Origin: Azolla caroliniana
Taxonomy: Eukaryota; Plantae; Polypodiophyta
Direction of reading: 5' to 3'
Assembly (NCBI GenBank): GCA_043228905.1
Contig: JBHGNT010000018.1
Coordinates: 9,610,001 to 9,674,000 of the forward strand
DNA: 64,000 nucleotides
The notes under the pieces were generated by a model. That model was not told the origin of the DNA. It saw nothing but the letters and a program-made list of their open reading frames with translations, and ran no database searches. Below are positions 25,226 through 36,897 of this stretch, one piece after another. The number at the start of each line of letters is the position of its first letter. Position 1 is the stretch's first letter. A program made the position numbers and the translations under genes.

Positions 25226-26309
25226 GTGCGTGGATTGCAAGGAGAAGCAACATGTGTCACACCCAGTGCCACATGTAAACTAGTACTACCCGACAAGAAG
25301 CACAAGCGCCGGATACAAGAATTCGAGAAGATGCTGAAAGAAGAGAGTATAATAGAAGAAGGAGAGTTCATGACTCATATTATGGAAGAAGCCTCATTTA
25401 ACGACAGCATCGGCGAAATTGAGGACGTCGTGGACTTGAGCTCTCTTCACAACCAATACGTGATTTCGGTTAACTCCGTCAACATGTACGCTATCATCGA
25501 TGAATACCATCGTGGCATCTCGATGAAGGAAGCTGACATCAACACGAAATATAAAATGGTGGATAAGAAGATCAAGCCAGTTGCGGTTCCGCTACCGGAA
25601 GATAGCTGGCAAAAGATGAAGGAAGTTGCTAACGATCCAAGCTTAAGAGATCCGAAGAAGATAGGTCATGACTTCACCAAAGAGACGAAGGGGAAGCTAC
25701 GAGTTGGAAAGGAGGATTTCCTTCTCCCTGAAGAGGAGCGAATGTTTCGCGATATGCTTGAGAGACATGGGAAGGCTTTCGCATTCTTCCCACGAGAAAT
25801 CGGATGCGCCGACCCAAAGGTTATAGAGCCGATGGTGATCTTCACGGTGCCTCATGTGCCTTGGAACTTGAAACTGATACCGGTTCCGAGAGCACACCTT
25901 CCGAAGCTGATCGAGCTCTTAAAGGAGAAGGTGAGTATGGGAATTCTAGAACCGTCGAATGCTCCTTATTCCAATAGGTGGTTCACGGTGCCGAAGAAGA
26001 ATGGATCATTGCGATTCATCCAAGATCTTCAACCCGTCAACAAGGTGACAATTCGAAATGCCGAAATCGGTCCGAGCGTGGATGAATTTGCCAAAGCGTT
26101 TGCGGGCCGCTCCATCTACTCCATTGGCGATCTCTACTCTGAATATGACCAATTCCAATTGGCGATGAACAGTCGGGACATTACAACCATGAGGACTCCG
26201 ATCGGGCTTGTGCGGATGTGTACCTTACCCCAAGGCGCAACGAACTCGGTGGCTCATATGGTGAATGCCATGAATAAAGTCTTGAAGGATTGCATTCCGG
26301 ACATCACGA
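25226..26309 (+). pseudogene. pol: Reverse transcriptase N-terminal part, truncated by the next LTR
   Basis: GILEPSNAPYSNRWFTVPKKNGSLRFIQDLQPVN and LPQGATNS. Ends just before the YxDD motif. Confidence 0.88.
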
Positions 26310-29300
26310 TGTCGTGAAGATTTTCAGCAATAGTGTGAAAATCCCATAAAACGTACGATATCGAGTATGAATCACGTAGTACAATAATTGTGAAGATAAC
26401 ATTTTAAATAGATTTAATATCTAAGTACAAAATGATGGAGGTTTCGACTGCACTTGATTACACGAGAAACGGACAACTAAATGTCAAGATATGAGGGTAT
26501 AAAGTTTGTAAAAGGAAAGGAGAAAATTGTGAGATATCCCACATAGGCACGACAAATACAGCTCTCATCATATATAAGGGGGAGCAAAAGATATTATCTT
26601 TGTGTCTATGTGTGGAGCATAGAGAGTGGAGGTGGGCTAGCTACTCGTAAAGGGTTTTGGCCAACCAAACCGGACCAGCGATGGAGCCGGTGATCCGGCG
26701 GCATCTGGCGAGGCACCGGTATCCGGTGATGGCATCCGGCGGCGGCACCGGTAACCGACGGCATCCGGCGGCGGCACCGGTAACCGACGGCATCGGTATC
26801 CGGCGACGGCACCGGTAACCGACGACATCCGGCGAACCGGCGTCCGATGACTAGATAAATAAATATATAAATATATATACATATTTACATATACAAGGAG
26901 GGCAAGTAAGGATTCGAACCTTGCACCTCAAAGCTAGGAGTCAATTGACTTACCATTAAGGCATGCTATTTAGTTGAATTTATATTTCTATCATTGTACT
27001 TTTACATGTAAATTCTCATACAGGAGAGCTAAAATGAGTGACATGGTTATCATGCACCACATGTAATACTTAAGCGCCAAATGGCAAACATGCAATTTAT
27101 GCATGTCTTGTACCCTCACATGCATCATATGCATGAGAGCATCTATAAAAGAGGGAAGGGGGAGGAGAAAAAACACAGTTTTTTTTTATGAAAATTAAGA
27201 AGAGGAAATTCGTTATCAAATTGATCGTGTAACTTATTTTTTAAATCTAAAGTTAAAAGGTCAATCAATCTTTCTCAATCGTTTAATCTCAACTTCTCTC
27301 TTTCCCAATCTATCTTAAGTACTTTCTTGCCAAAGCTTGTATCGACTTTGAATCCTTCCGGTCTAGAACCCAGGCGGTTCCGCCTCACGATCCGCGTGTA
27401 GTGACGGATCTTCACGACATAATTAAGTGGTGAACCCGACGTGAAAGAGGCGGTAGGAAGGATCAAGTTGAGATTAATACTTGGAGATGGCGTCCTCAAG
27501 CAACCAAGCAGGAGAGCTCGAAAGGATGATGCTAATCGTCGAGCAAATGATGAGATCTCGGGACAACGACGTGAGCGTGGAGAAGGCTGTCGATCGTGTC
27601 GTAGAGCTCGAGGGCCAATTCGATGGAAGGAACATTACGAAGTTCCTTGATGCATATAGAAAGGAGATGAATCAGAGGGACGTGTCCGAGGCACGTCAAA
27701 TCGCAAGCTTCAAGAGAGTTGTCGCCAACAACATCCAAAGACGCGTCATCGAGCTTCAAGAAGGTAAGACAACATGGTCTGAGTTCGAGAAATCGATACT
27801 AGCGGAGTTCGTGACTGAAGACTCAACGAGGATGACTCGACATGCCCTGATGAAGTGGATAGAGAAGAAGAATAAGAAGATGAGCGTCTCGAGGGTGTAC
27901 GATGAATTCGACCAGATGTTTAGTCGTCTCCCCAATACGGACCAAGTGTTGCTTGAAGAGGACAAGACTTTGTACTTCTTGAAGGTCGTGGACATAAAGG
28001 ATAGACGGGAGTTGGGGACTCTTCTCGAAGATGATACCCAAGCAAATGGGCTCGTAGCGGACTGGATTGCGGTGAAGCGGGCATGCAATAGGCTCGACAA
28101 GCGTCGCCAATGGGTTGATCAAACCGACTTGACGGGACCGACTACCACGGAGAAAGCAAGACCGCCGAAAGTAGCTGAGCCACCAAGATAAAGTAACGTG
28201 GAAGAAAAGAAGATTGATGATGACATCATTGAAGAGCTAGCGAAGAAGTTCGAGAAGGTCACTCTAGCCAACATGAATCGTTGGGGCCCTAAAGGAAAAG
28301 AACCCTTTAGATGCGTGTGGTGCGATAGCATGGACCACATGAGAAGGGATTGTGCGAGGCGATTCGACAAAATAGTGGCCGACCGAGGGGAGTTGGACGC
28401 GCACGAAGCGACGGAGCTCTTCAAAAGACTAGGCGTGACGCTCTCCCTCACGATTGCCTACCATCCGAAAGCGAATGGGAAGATCGAGCGAGGGCATGGA
28501 CCTATCATTAAAGCCATCATATGGGCATGCAACGGTTGAGTCGGCAATTGGCCACGACTATTACCCTATGCCTTGTGGGCTGATAGAACGACACATAGCT
28601 CGGTGACAGGGTATATGCCGACGGAGCTTATGTATGGACAAAAGCCGATTATGCCCATCGAAAGGGCGATCGCCTCATGGGTAGCGATACCGTGGGAGAA
28701 CGAGATGAGCCGAGAAGAGTTATTAGCGGCGCGGATAAGGCAACTTGAAAGAAGACCTGAAGATTTAGAAAAAGCGCGAAAGATGATGGAGGTAGCCCGA
28801 GTAAAGAACAAAGTTCGGTTCGACAACACGCATCGACTTCCTCCCAAGAAGATTGAAGAAGGGGATTAGGTTTTGGTTTACGACAGCCCCTTGACAATCA
28901 ACACAATACAACAAGGAAGTTCACAAGAAGATGGTTCGGGCCGTATGTGGTGACAAGTGCCAACGATAATGGCACATACCACCTTGCGGAACTAGATGGA
29001 TCAAGGTTAGTCGTACCCATTGCGGGAAAAAGAGTAAAGATTTTCAAGAAAAGACAAGACAAGGATCCTGACCTCGATTACCTCGACGATGAACATAATA
29101 GGGCGGATGTAAATGAAGACATGGAGGAATCTAATTGATCATCGTAGCCGAAATCTCACTTTCTCTCTTCTTGGCACGTACCGGAGGACGTGCGGTTTGG
29201 TGGGGGTGGATGTTGTGAAGATTTTCGGCAATAGTGTGAAAATCACATAAAACGTACAAAATCGAGTATGAATCACATAATACAATAATTGTGAAGATAA

Positions 29301-30356
29301 CATTTTAAATAAATATCTACGTACAAAATGATGGAGGTTTCAAATGCACTTTATTACACGAGAAACGGACAACTAAATGTCAAGATATGAGGGTATAAAG
29401 TTTGTAAAAGGAAAAGAGAAAATTGTGAGATATCCCACATAGGCACTACAAATACGGCTCTCATCATATATAAGCTAGAGCAAAAGCTATTATCTTTGTG
29501 TCTATGTGTGGAGCATAGAGAGTTCAAGGTAACTTGAACTAAGAGTGGAGGTGGGCTAGCTACTCGTAAAGGGTTTTGGCCAACCAAAACCGGACCGGTG
29601 ATGGAGCCGGTGATCCGGCGCCAGTGAGACACCGGCATCCGGCGGCAACCCGGCGACGGCGAGGTGACAACATCTGGCGGCATCCGGTAACCGACGGCGG
29701 CGCCGGTGAGACGACTGCATCCAGCAAGGCATTGGTAACCGACGGCATTCGGCGAACCGGCGTCCGGTGACTAGATAAATAAATACATAAATATATATAT
29801 ACATATATACATATACAAGGAGAGCAAGTAAAGATTCGAACCTTGCACCTCCGAGTTAGGAGTTAATTGGCTTACCATTAAGCCATGCCATTTAGTTGAA
29901 TTTATATTTCTATCATTGTACTTTTACATGTAAATTCTTATACATGAGAGCTAAAATGAGTGACATGGTTATCATGCACCACATGTAATACATGAGCGCC
30001 AAATGGCAAACATGCATTTTATGCATGTCTTGTACCCTCACATGCATCATATGCATGAGAGCATCTATAAAAGAAGGAAGGGGGAGGAGAAAAAACACGG
30101 TTTTTTTTTTGTTATGAAATTAAGAAGAAGAAATTCGTTATCAAATTGATCATGTAACTTGTTTCTTAAATCCAAACATAAAAGTTCAATCAATCGCTCT
30201 CAATCGTTTAATCTCAACTTCTCTCTTTCCCAATCTATCTTAAGTACTTTCTCGCTAAAGCTTGCACCAAAGCTTGTACCGACTTTGAATCCTTCCGGTC
30301 CAGAACCCCGGCGGTTCTGCCTCACGATCCGCGCGTAGTGACGGATCTTCACGACA
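26310..30356 (+). mobile_element. Ty3/gypsy D2: internally deleted element with two complete LTRs
   Basis: LTRs at 26310-27419 and 29211-30356 (TGTCGTGAAGAT...ATCTTCACGACA). Trp PBS at 27428-27445. PPT GGTGGGGGTGGA precedes 29211. Gag joins directly to the integrase core (IVADRGE...YHPKANGKIERGH) at ~28370. Confidence 0.92.
26900..26969 (-). other. tRNA-derived Pol III promoter-like segment inside the gypsy D LTR (also 22415-22485 and 29821-29890)
   Basis: Minus-strand consensus GGCA-TGGCTTAATGGTAAGC-CAATTGA-CTCCTAA-CTCGGAGGT-GCAAGGTTCGAATCCTTAC-TTGCC shows A box, D stem, B box and T stem. Confidence 0.65.
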
Positions 30357-31740
30357 CCGTATTCCAACACCTTCATCTTCCCTTTTTCTTTGCGCGTGAG
30401 CCATCTCCTCGGCTTCCTGCGCGAGGAATGTACGACCGAGTCTCCACTACTCGCCGAGTCTTCATTGGACTGGTCGAAACGACTCAATCGTCCATTCGGT
30501 CCACTTAACCGAATCGAAATCGGACTCTCTTCGGGGGTCCCAATTTCAGGCTTAGCCAAAGGCACCTCGGTCTCAATGTCCTCATCGTCAGAACTCGGAT
30601 TGGAGGTGAGGTCCGGTGTCGGAGGCAAGTACCAGGACACGGACTCTTCAAACACAATGTTGCGGCTCACGCACGCTGGTTTGGTCCGCGGGTTATAACA
30701 CTTATACCCTTCTGCTAATCCAAATAACCGACCAAGATACACTTCTCGGCTTTTGCGTCCAACTTCCTCCTTTTCTCCTTCGGCACATTCACATACGCAA
30801 TGCTACCGAAAACTCGTTAGTGTCGCAAGTTCAGCTTCATTCCGAAATATAGCTCGTGCGCCGACACTTTGTCTCCGATCCGGTTCTGGATGTATACCGC
30901 GGTCCTTACCGCCTCAGCCTAGTAGAACTTGGGCAAGCTCTTCTCCTCCAGCATTGCTCGTGCCGTTTCCACCACCGACCGATTTTTCCTCTCGGCCACG
31001 CCATTTTGCTCTGGCATGTATCTACAACTGAATTCGCGCCGAATTCCCATCTGTTGTAAATAACCGTTGAATTGACTAGAAAAGTATTCTTTTCCGCCAT
31101 CTGATCGCAGGCACTTGATCTTTCTTCCTGTTTCCGTTTCCACGAACCCTTTGATGTCCCGGAAACAGTCGAAGACTTTGCTCTTCCTCTCAATGAGGAA
31201 GATCCACGTGTGCCGCGTGTAGTTGTCTGAAAGAGACGAAATATCGGATCCCGCCAAGACTAACGTTTTGTGCCGGCCCCCACACATCGGAGTGTATCAA
31301 GTCGAGCTTGTTCCGGCTCCGGTTACGCTCGTTGGGGAAGGGAAGTCGGTGTTGCTTCCCAAGCTGGCAGGCTTCACAAATTTGTGCCTTCCGGCCACTA
31401 TATTTGGGCAATCTGAACACAACTTGTTTCGATTGCAGGTCTTGAAGCCGCTGGTAGTTGACGTGGCCTATCCGCTTGTGGCATAAGTTGATGTCCGACT
31501 CGACTTTCTGTCCCTTCACGAACATTGCAGTGCCACCGTTAGTAGAGTCAAGGATGAACATCCTCCCATCTCTGCGCCCTTGTGCAATAATACGGACTTC
31601 TTCCTCAATGAAGCACCCGAGGTGTGTAAACCGAACCTGCATCCCCTGGTCAATGATCTGCCCGACCGACACCAGATTCTTCGTGATCGTCGGGACGTGT
31701 AACACGTTCATAAGTTTTCCTTTCTGCCCTACATGGCTCA

Positions 31741-31777
31741 AAACACGTTCGCGTTCACAAGTGGAAGGATCGCGCAT
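31741..31777 (+). repeat. Left terminal inverted repeat
   Basis: AAACACGTTCGCGTTCACAAGTGGAAGGATCGCGCAT. Confidence 0.93.
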
Positions 31778-32109
31778 AAATGGAAGGATAAGGGAAATTT
31801 TGGTTGTTTTTAGGGCTTTTTCAATGATTTTACAAAACACATTGATACCAGTATCATACATGTTCAAACATACTATGAAAAAGGTTAAAAATCCATTATT
31901 TTCGTGATTTAGAAGTAACTAAAAAAAGACGAATTTCAAAAATATACATTCTCAATTTATATCACAAACTTTACAACCAATGTTATTTTATAAGAAACGA
32001 TTTTTTAGAAATCATAAGAATTCAAAACACATGCTTTTATATTACTCGATTTGTTACAAGCGGAATGTAGTTACACTTAATAGCCAAATATACATTCATG
32101 ATCACTCCT

Positions 32110-35061
32110 TTACGGAGAATCACTACTATAACTAATATACAATGACGATTCCTCCTCATCATCCTCGGATGTACCAATCAGTGCATTATCTTCGTCATAA
32201 ACCAAATGGTTTGACTCTAGATTATATGTAGCAGATCTCGTTTGCCTTTGACTCGAGCCACCTTATAGACCTAGTAATTTTTCTTTTATTATATCTATTG
32301 TTGACTTCCTTAATCGTCCGGCTTTTGTAAGTGTGAAGTCGTACACGATGATATCCACATCAGAGATATCAAGGGTCGAGGTGTTACGAATGTTTCGCTT
32401 CCTCTTCCTACCTTCCCTTCTTGTTGGGCATTCAATCATCTCCAATGTATACTTACCTGTAAAAGCATTTACACTTCTAGTTTTGTACCAATGAACATTT
32501 ATAGACTTGATCGTGTTTTCTATTTCATGCATTAGCACTTCTAGAATTTTACCAACCCAAAATTGGTGGCTATGTGAGTTCTCATCAGCCGGCGTTGCAA
32601 TCAACATCCCCGCGGTGAGCTCTTGCAAATTGCCTTGCGATCTAGCTTCGGCTGCTTTGGTCATCCTTGGTCCCACATAAATGTCTCTTTGTTGTGGATG
32701 GACTAAGCTGTCATTAATCGCATTTACTAGTTGCTCCGGAGTTCTATTTACGCGATCATGTTGCAATGACCATGTGAATGGCGTTTTCAAATTCCAATTA
32801 TCAACAGATACACAATTGTCTATAATTTCTTTCTGATCACTATAAAATACATCCCACCATGACATGTCTTGTTGTGCAGCATATTTCTTGGCGGCCTCAA
32901 TATGCTTTCTTTTTTCTTCTAAGGCTTGGAGCCATGACCGTTTTTGTTCTGATACCAAGTCGCTCTGCAACTATCCTTTCTTCTCAATTGGCATTTGCTT
33001 AGCTCCATGGACAATTGTACTCGGCATACAAAGTAATAACTGGGAACCACCTTCAGGTTCCAATGTTGTAGAAGATGAATATTGTTTAGCATACAAAAGT
33101 GTAGAACCACTTATTCCATTTTTCTTTATCCTAAAAATGTGATTGAAACTTATATTGTTTAACTGAGCAAGCACTTTAACATTCCCACCACCCCCATCTG
33201 ATATATATCTCTTAAAGTCATATACCTCCTTCAAGTGTAACACTTTTGGGCGTGGTGTATATGCATCACAAATGACATCAAATAGTTTAGGTAAAGTGAA
33301 AGCATCATGCCGAGACAACTGTCTGGACAATGTGCTAAACATCTGATCTATATGGTCATGTGTGTGGCCAACCAAAAGGAAATTGACTTTCACTTTCCTA
33401 AACAATTCTTGGTTGACCAACATACTTAGATAGCCAAATACAGTTGAATTTTTGTTCTCTCTAGCAGTATTGTCCAATTGAATGTATAGAACAGGGGGGG
33501 AAGGTTGGCCCCAAGACATCAAAACTCGGTGAATGATTGTAACTGTTAGGTTAGGGTCATTGTGAACATTGGGGTAATGAAGACGTGAGGTCGAACAGAC
33601 CTATTATAAGCCAAGCAACCCACCAAGTGCATTTGAACAAGGCACTCATCATTGACATCTTTGGGGAGCCTCCGCATATACGGCAAGCACGTCTTCTTCT
33701 AGTCCATGCCATCTATCATTAAGCACATGTATTGTTCGGGCCTCTTCAAACACTTCTCTCTATGATGCATCGCCTTCTTTCGTTCTAAGGATTGTGCCTC
33801 ATGATGCTCTTGTAGTAACTTCTTACTCATATCCTTTTCCATTGATGTCTTTGCACCTTTAGCCAAAATTTTAAGATTTGCACAAATGGAGCAATACCCC
33901 ATACGTACTTTACGAGGAATAATAACATTTGAAAACCGAGCTCTCCATAATCTTGTGAATTGGCTATAGGTGATAGACTTATTACGTGAGCCCAGCATAT
34001 CAGATCGATAGACATCATAAACTTCCCGACGTGTATAATTATTAGAAAGGTGCATCCTACCTGTAGTGGGCATTACTTCACAATTTAACTGAAAGTAAGT
34101 TTTCATCCAACCAATAGCATGTCTTCCAATTGCACTTTTCATACTTGGAACCTCTTTACAATTGAGCATCTGATCCCCGCCGATAGACATCATAAACTTC
34201 CCGACGTGTATAATTATCAGAAAGGTGCATCCTACCTGTAGTGGGCATTACTTCACAATTTAACTGAAAGTAAGTTTTCATCCAACCAATAGCATGTCTT
34301 CCAATTGCACTTTTCATACTTGGAACCTCTTTACAATTGAGCATCTGATCCCCGCTAAGTAGACGTTGTTGTACTCTATGTAGCCGCATGTTACTAACAC
34401 ATAACGCAATTTTGAATGCAACTCTACATATCTTTTGCGCATGGAAGATATAATACTCAAATGATACTTTGATCCCCGTACATTTGTCAGATACTAGTTG
34501 CATATGTGACCCGAGGTAAGTGTCTTGCTCATCACCGGTCATCGAAAAATAGTATCGCCTTAATTCTCGCAACTTTGATTTTCCGATCATAGACATACAA
34601 CCACGGGCACAACATATTTTTTTGACATCAAATCCAATCTGTTTATCTGATGTCACCAAGCTAAATCTAGCCAGATGAATTCTTCGTGGGATTCTTCTAA
34701 TATGCATAGGGCTCCCAGATTTCTCTTCCTACATAGAGGTTGGTGTAACCTTGTTACAATCTAATTCTCTGTTGTGACCATCGCCAATGTTATTCAATGT
34801 TTCCTTGGCACTACCTTCATTCTCCGTATCTTTATTAATATCGTATTCTTCAATAGAGAATTCTTCACATGTGTCATTATTTACATTCCCTGTAGATGAG
34901 CTCAGACAATATTCTTCGATAGAATATGGTGAGTTTGTCGACAGACAATATTCTTCAATCGAATATGGTGACTCTGTCGACAAACAATACTCTTCAGTAG
35001 AAAACGATGAGTCTGATGAAAAACAATATTCTTCAATCGAGAACGGTGAATCTTCACTCAT
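32110..35061 (-). pseudogene. Sola-like DDD transposase, disrupted
   Basis: Collinear pieces carry CCARGC, ICRVAF, CSIC...H, CLMIDGMD*KKT, LYIQLDNTARENKN and FLLVGHTHDHIDQMFS. In-frame stops at 34729, 33699, 32971 and 32263, a frameshift near 33575 and a 175-bp duplication. Confidence 0.82.
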
Positions 35062-35761
35062 GGCTTAAGGTCTAGATAGGGCTCTATAAGTTATGTGCTT
35101 AGGGTAAGGAAAAAAACTAATAAGCTCCTCTCTAAACATATACTCCTCTCTAAACATAAACTTCTCTCTAAACAAAAGCCAAATCAATAGAATGTCTATA
35201 TTATGTAATATTATATTAATACAATACATAAAAAATTTATTTTTAATAAAGTAATTGTATTTAAAATATCAATTATTATTTAAACTACATCTATATGAAG
35301 TTAAATCAAGTATAATATAAATCTAATCATTACCAAGCCATAAATATGTTGGCTTAATGTTAAAATCATTGGCTAATTAATGGCACCCATATTTGATATA
35401 GAACCTCTCACTCATTGGTTCTTTAATGCTCACCATTTTAAATATTAGACTTATCAATCATTGGTTAATTCATGCCCACATCTTTAATACACAACACTTG
35501 AGAGTCATAAAAATTGTTGCTTTTAGTAATCAATCATTGGTACATTAATGAACCTCTATCATTGTCTCCTTCATGACCTTTGAAGTCATTGCAGGTTGTT
35601 ATGACTATAAAAGATTGATCAATATGTTAGTTTGACTTTGTAATCATTAATGCAGTCATAAGTTACCCTAGTTAATGTGACTGTGGTTACCAAGTAACTA
35701 TCCTCAAACTTACCAACCTTGGTTAAGGTGAGTATGGTTACTTTAACTAATGTGGTCAATC

Positions 35762-35771
35762 CCTATAAATA
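35762..35771 (+). promoter_or_regulatory. Putative TATA box of the ParB-methyltransferase gene
   Basis: CCTATAAATA is followed by a short leader with donor-like AG|GTAGG (~35924) and acceptor TTTCTTAAATAG| (36800), upstream of the ATG at 36898. Confidence 0.5.
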
Positions 35772-35973
35772 GGAAGACCTCGTCATATTTCACTCACAAG
35801 AGCACCCAAGAGCGTACAGAGCGTACAAAGCACACAGAGCACGAAGCACAAAAGCGCGATCTCCGCCTCCACTGCCACACGATCAACCAAGTCTTCAAAG
35901 AGAATCGAGCGTGAGGACTCTAGGTAGGCCTCTGACACTGTGGACATTTTTGTAAATATGTTTTGGCGCTCAA

Positions 35974-36342
35974 GAACTCGATACGCCGTATCGAGTTCCT
36001 GTATACAATACAAACTTTATACAAGAACTCGATATGGCGTATCGAGTTCCTGTTTAAAACCTACACTTTAAACACGAACTCGATACGGCGTATCGAGTTC
36101 CTATTTAAAACCTACACTTTAAACACGAACTCGATACGCCGTATCGAGTTCCTGTGTTTCCTTTGCTTATTAAACAGGAACTCGATACGGCGTATCGAGT
36201 TCCCGTTTTAAACGGGACCTGGATACGGCGTATCAGGTTCGTGTTTAAAACCTAAACTTTAAACGGGAACTCGATACGCCGTATCGAGTTCCTGTTTAAA
36301 AAGCAAAGAAATCACAGGAACTCGATACGGCGTATCGAGTTC
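35974..36342. repeat. Array of eight 25-bp palindromes GAACTCGATACG-S-CGTATCGAGTTC
   Basis: Copies start at 35974, 36025, 36076, 36127, 36178, 36216 (variant), 36267 and 36318. The period is 51 bp except for one 38-bp interval. Confidence 0.95.
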
Positions 36343-36897
36343 GTGTATAAAAGAAGGCTCTGAAAGAGAAAATTTGTGTTTTTGGGGCAACAATTAATTA
36401 TTGTGTGGAAAAGATATCAAATTGTCTATCAAAATCAGTCTTTTTTATGTTGACTTGCCTTACTTAAAATAGTAGAAAATAACCCACAAATTACCTTTAT
36501 GATAGCAAATTCTCCTCAATATAGGCCTGGAATTTATATAAGTCATACCTACACTTTAAAAGAATATATAACCCTGTTTACTTATTACGATATATATTTT
36601 CTAGTTTGAATAGCCCTGCCTAGACTAGAATTTTGAATATAGGACTACCATGTACTCTGAATGCATGATTGATATTTTCACTTCACCACTAATCGCCTGC
36701 TAGTGAGAATTGTTCTTCATCTTCATATTTATATTTTAATATACAACCTTAATCTACGTGACCACCTAACTTATGCTTTTGCATATACTTTCTTAAATAG
36801 GTCGTTTGAGAACCTGTCGGACCGACCCGTTAAGAAAATAAAGCTTCACATACAGGGTTCTCCAATCGAAGCCTAGACCAAGGTAGCTCCTGAGACC

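Larger units (their letters stand above)
22391..26309 (+). mobile_element. Ty3/gypsy D1: 5'-truncated LTR (to 22950), tRNA-Trp PBS, gag-PR and truncated RT
   Basis: LTR end ATCTTCACGACA. PBS TGGTGAACCCGACGTGAA at 22959-22976 is complementary to the 3' end of plant tRNA-Trp. ORFs at 23127-25160 and 25226-26317. Confidence 0.9.

Noticed and set aside
35974-36342. CRISPR array (palindromic repeats with constant-length spacers)
   Set aside because: The spacers are related to one another, with two nearly identical. There are no cas genes and the context is eukaryotic.
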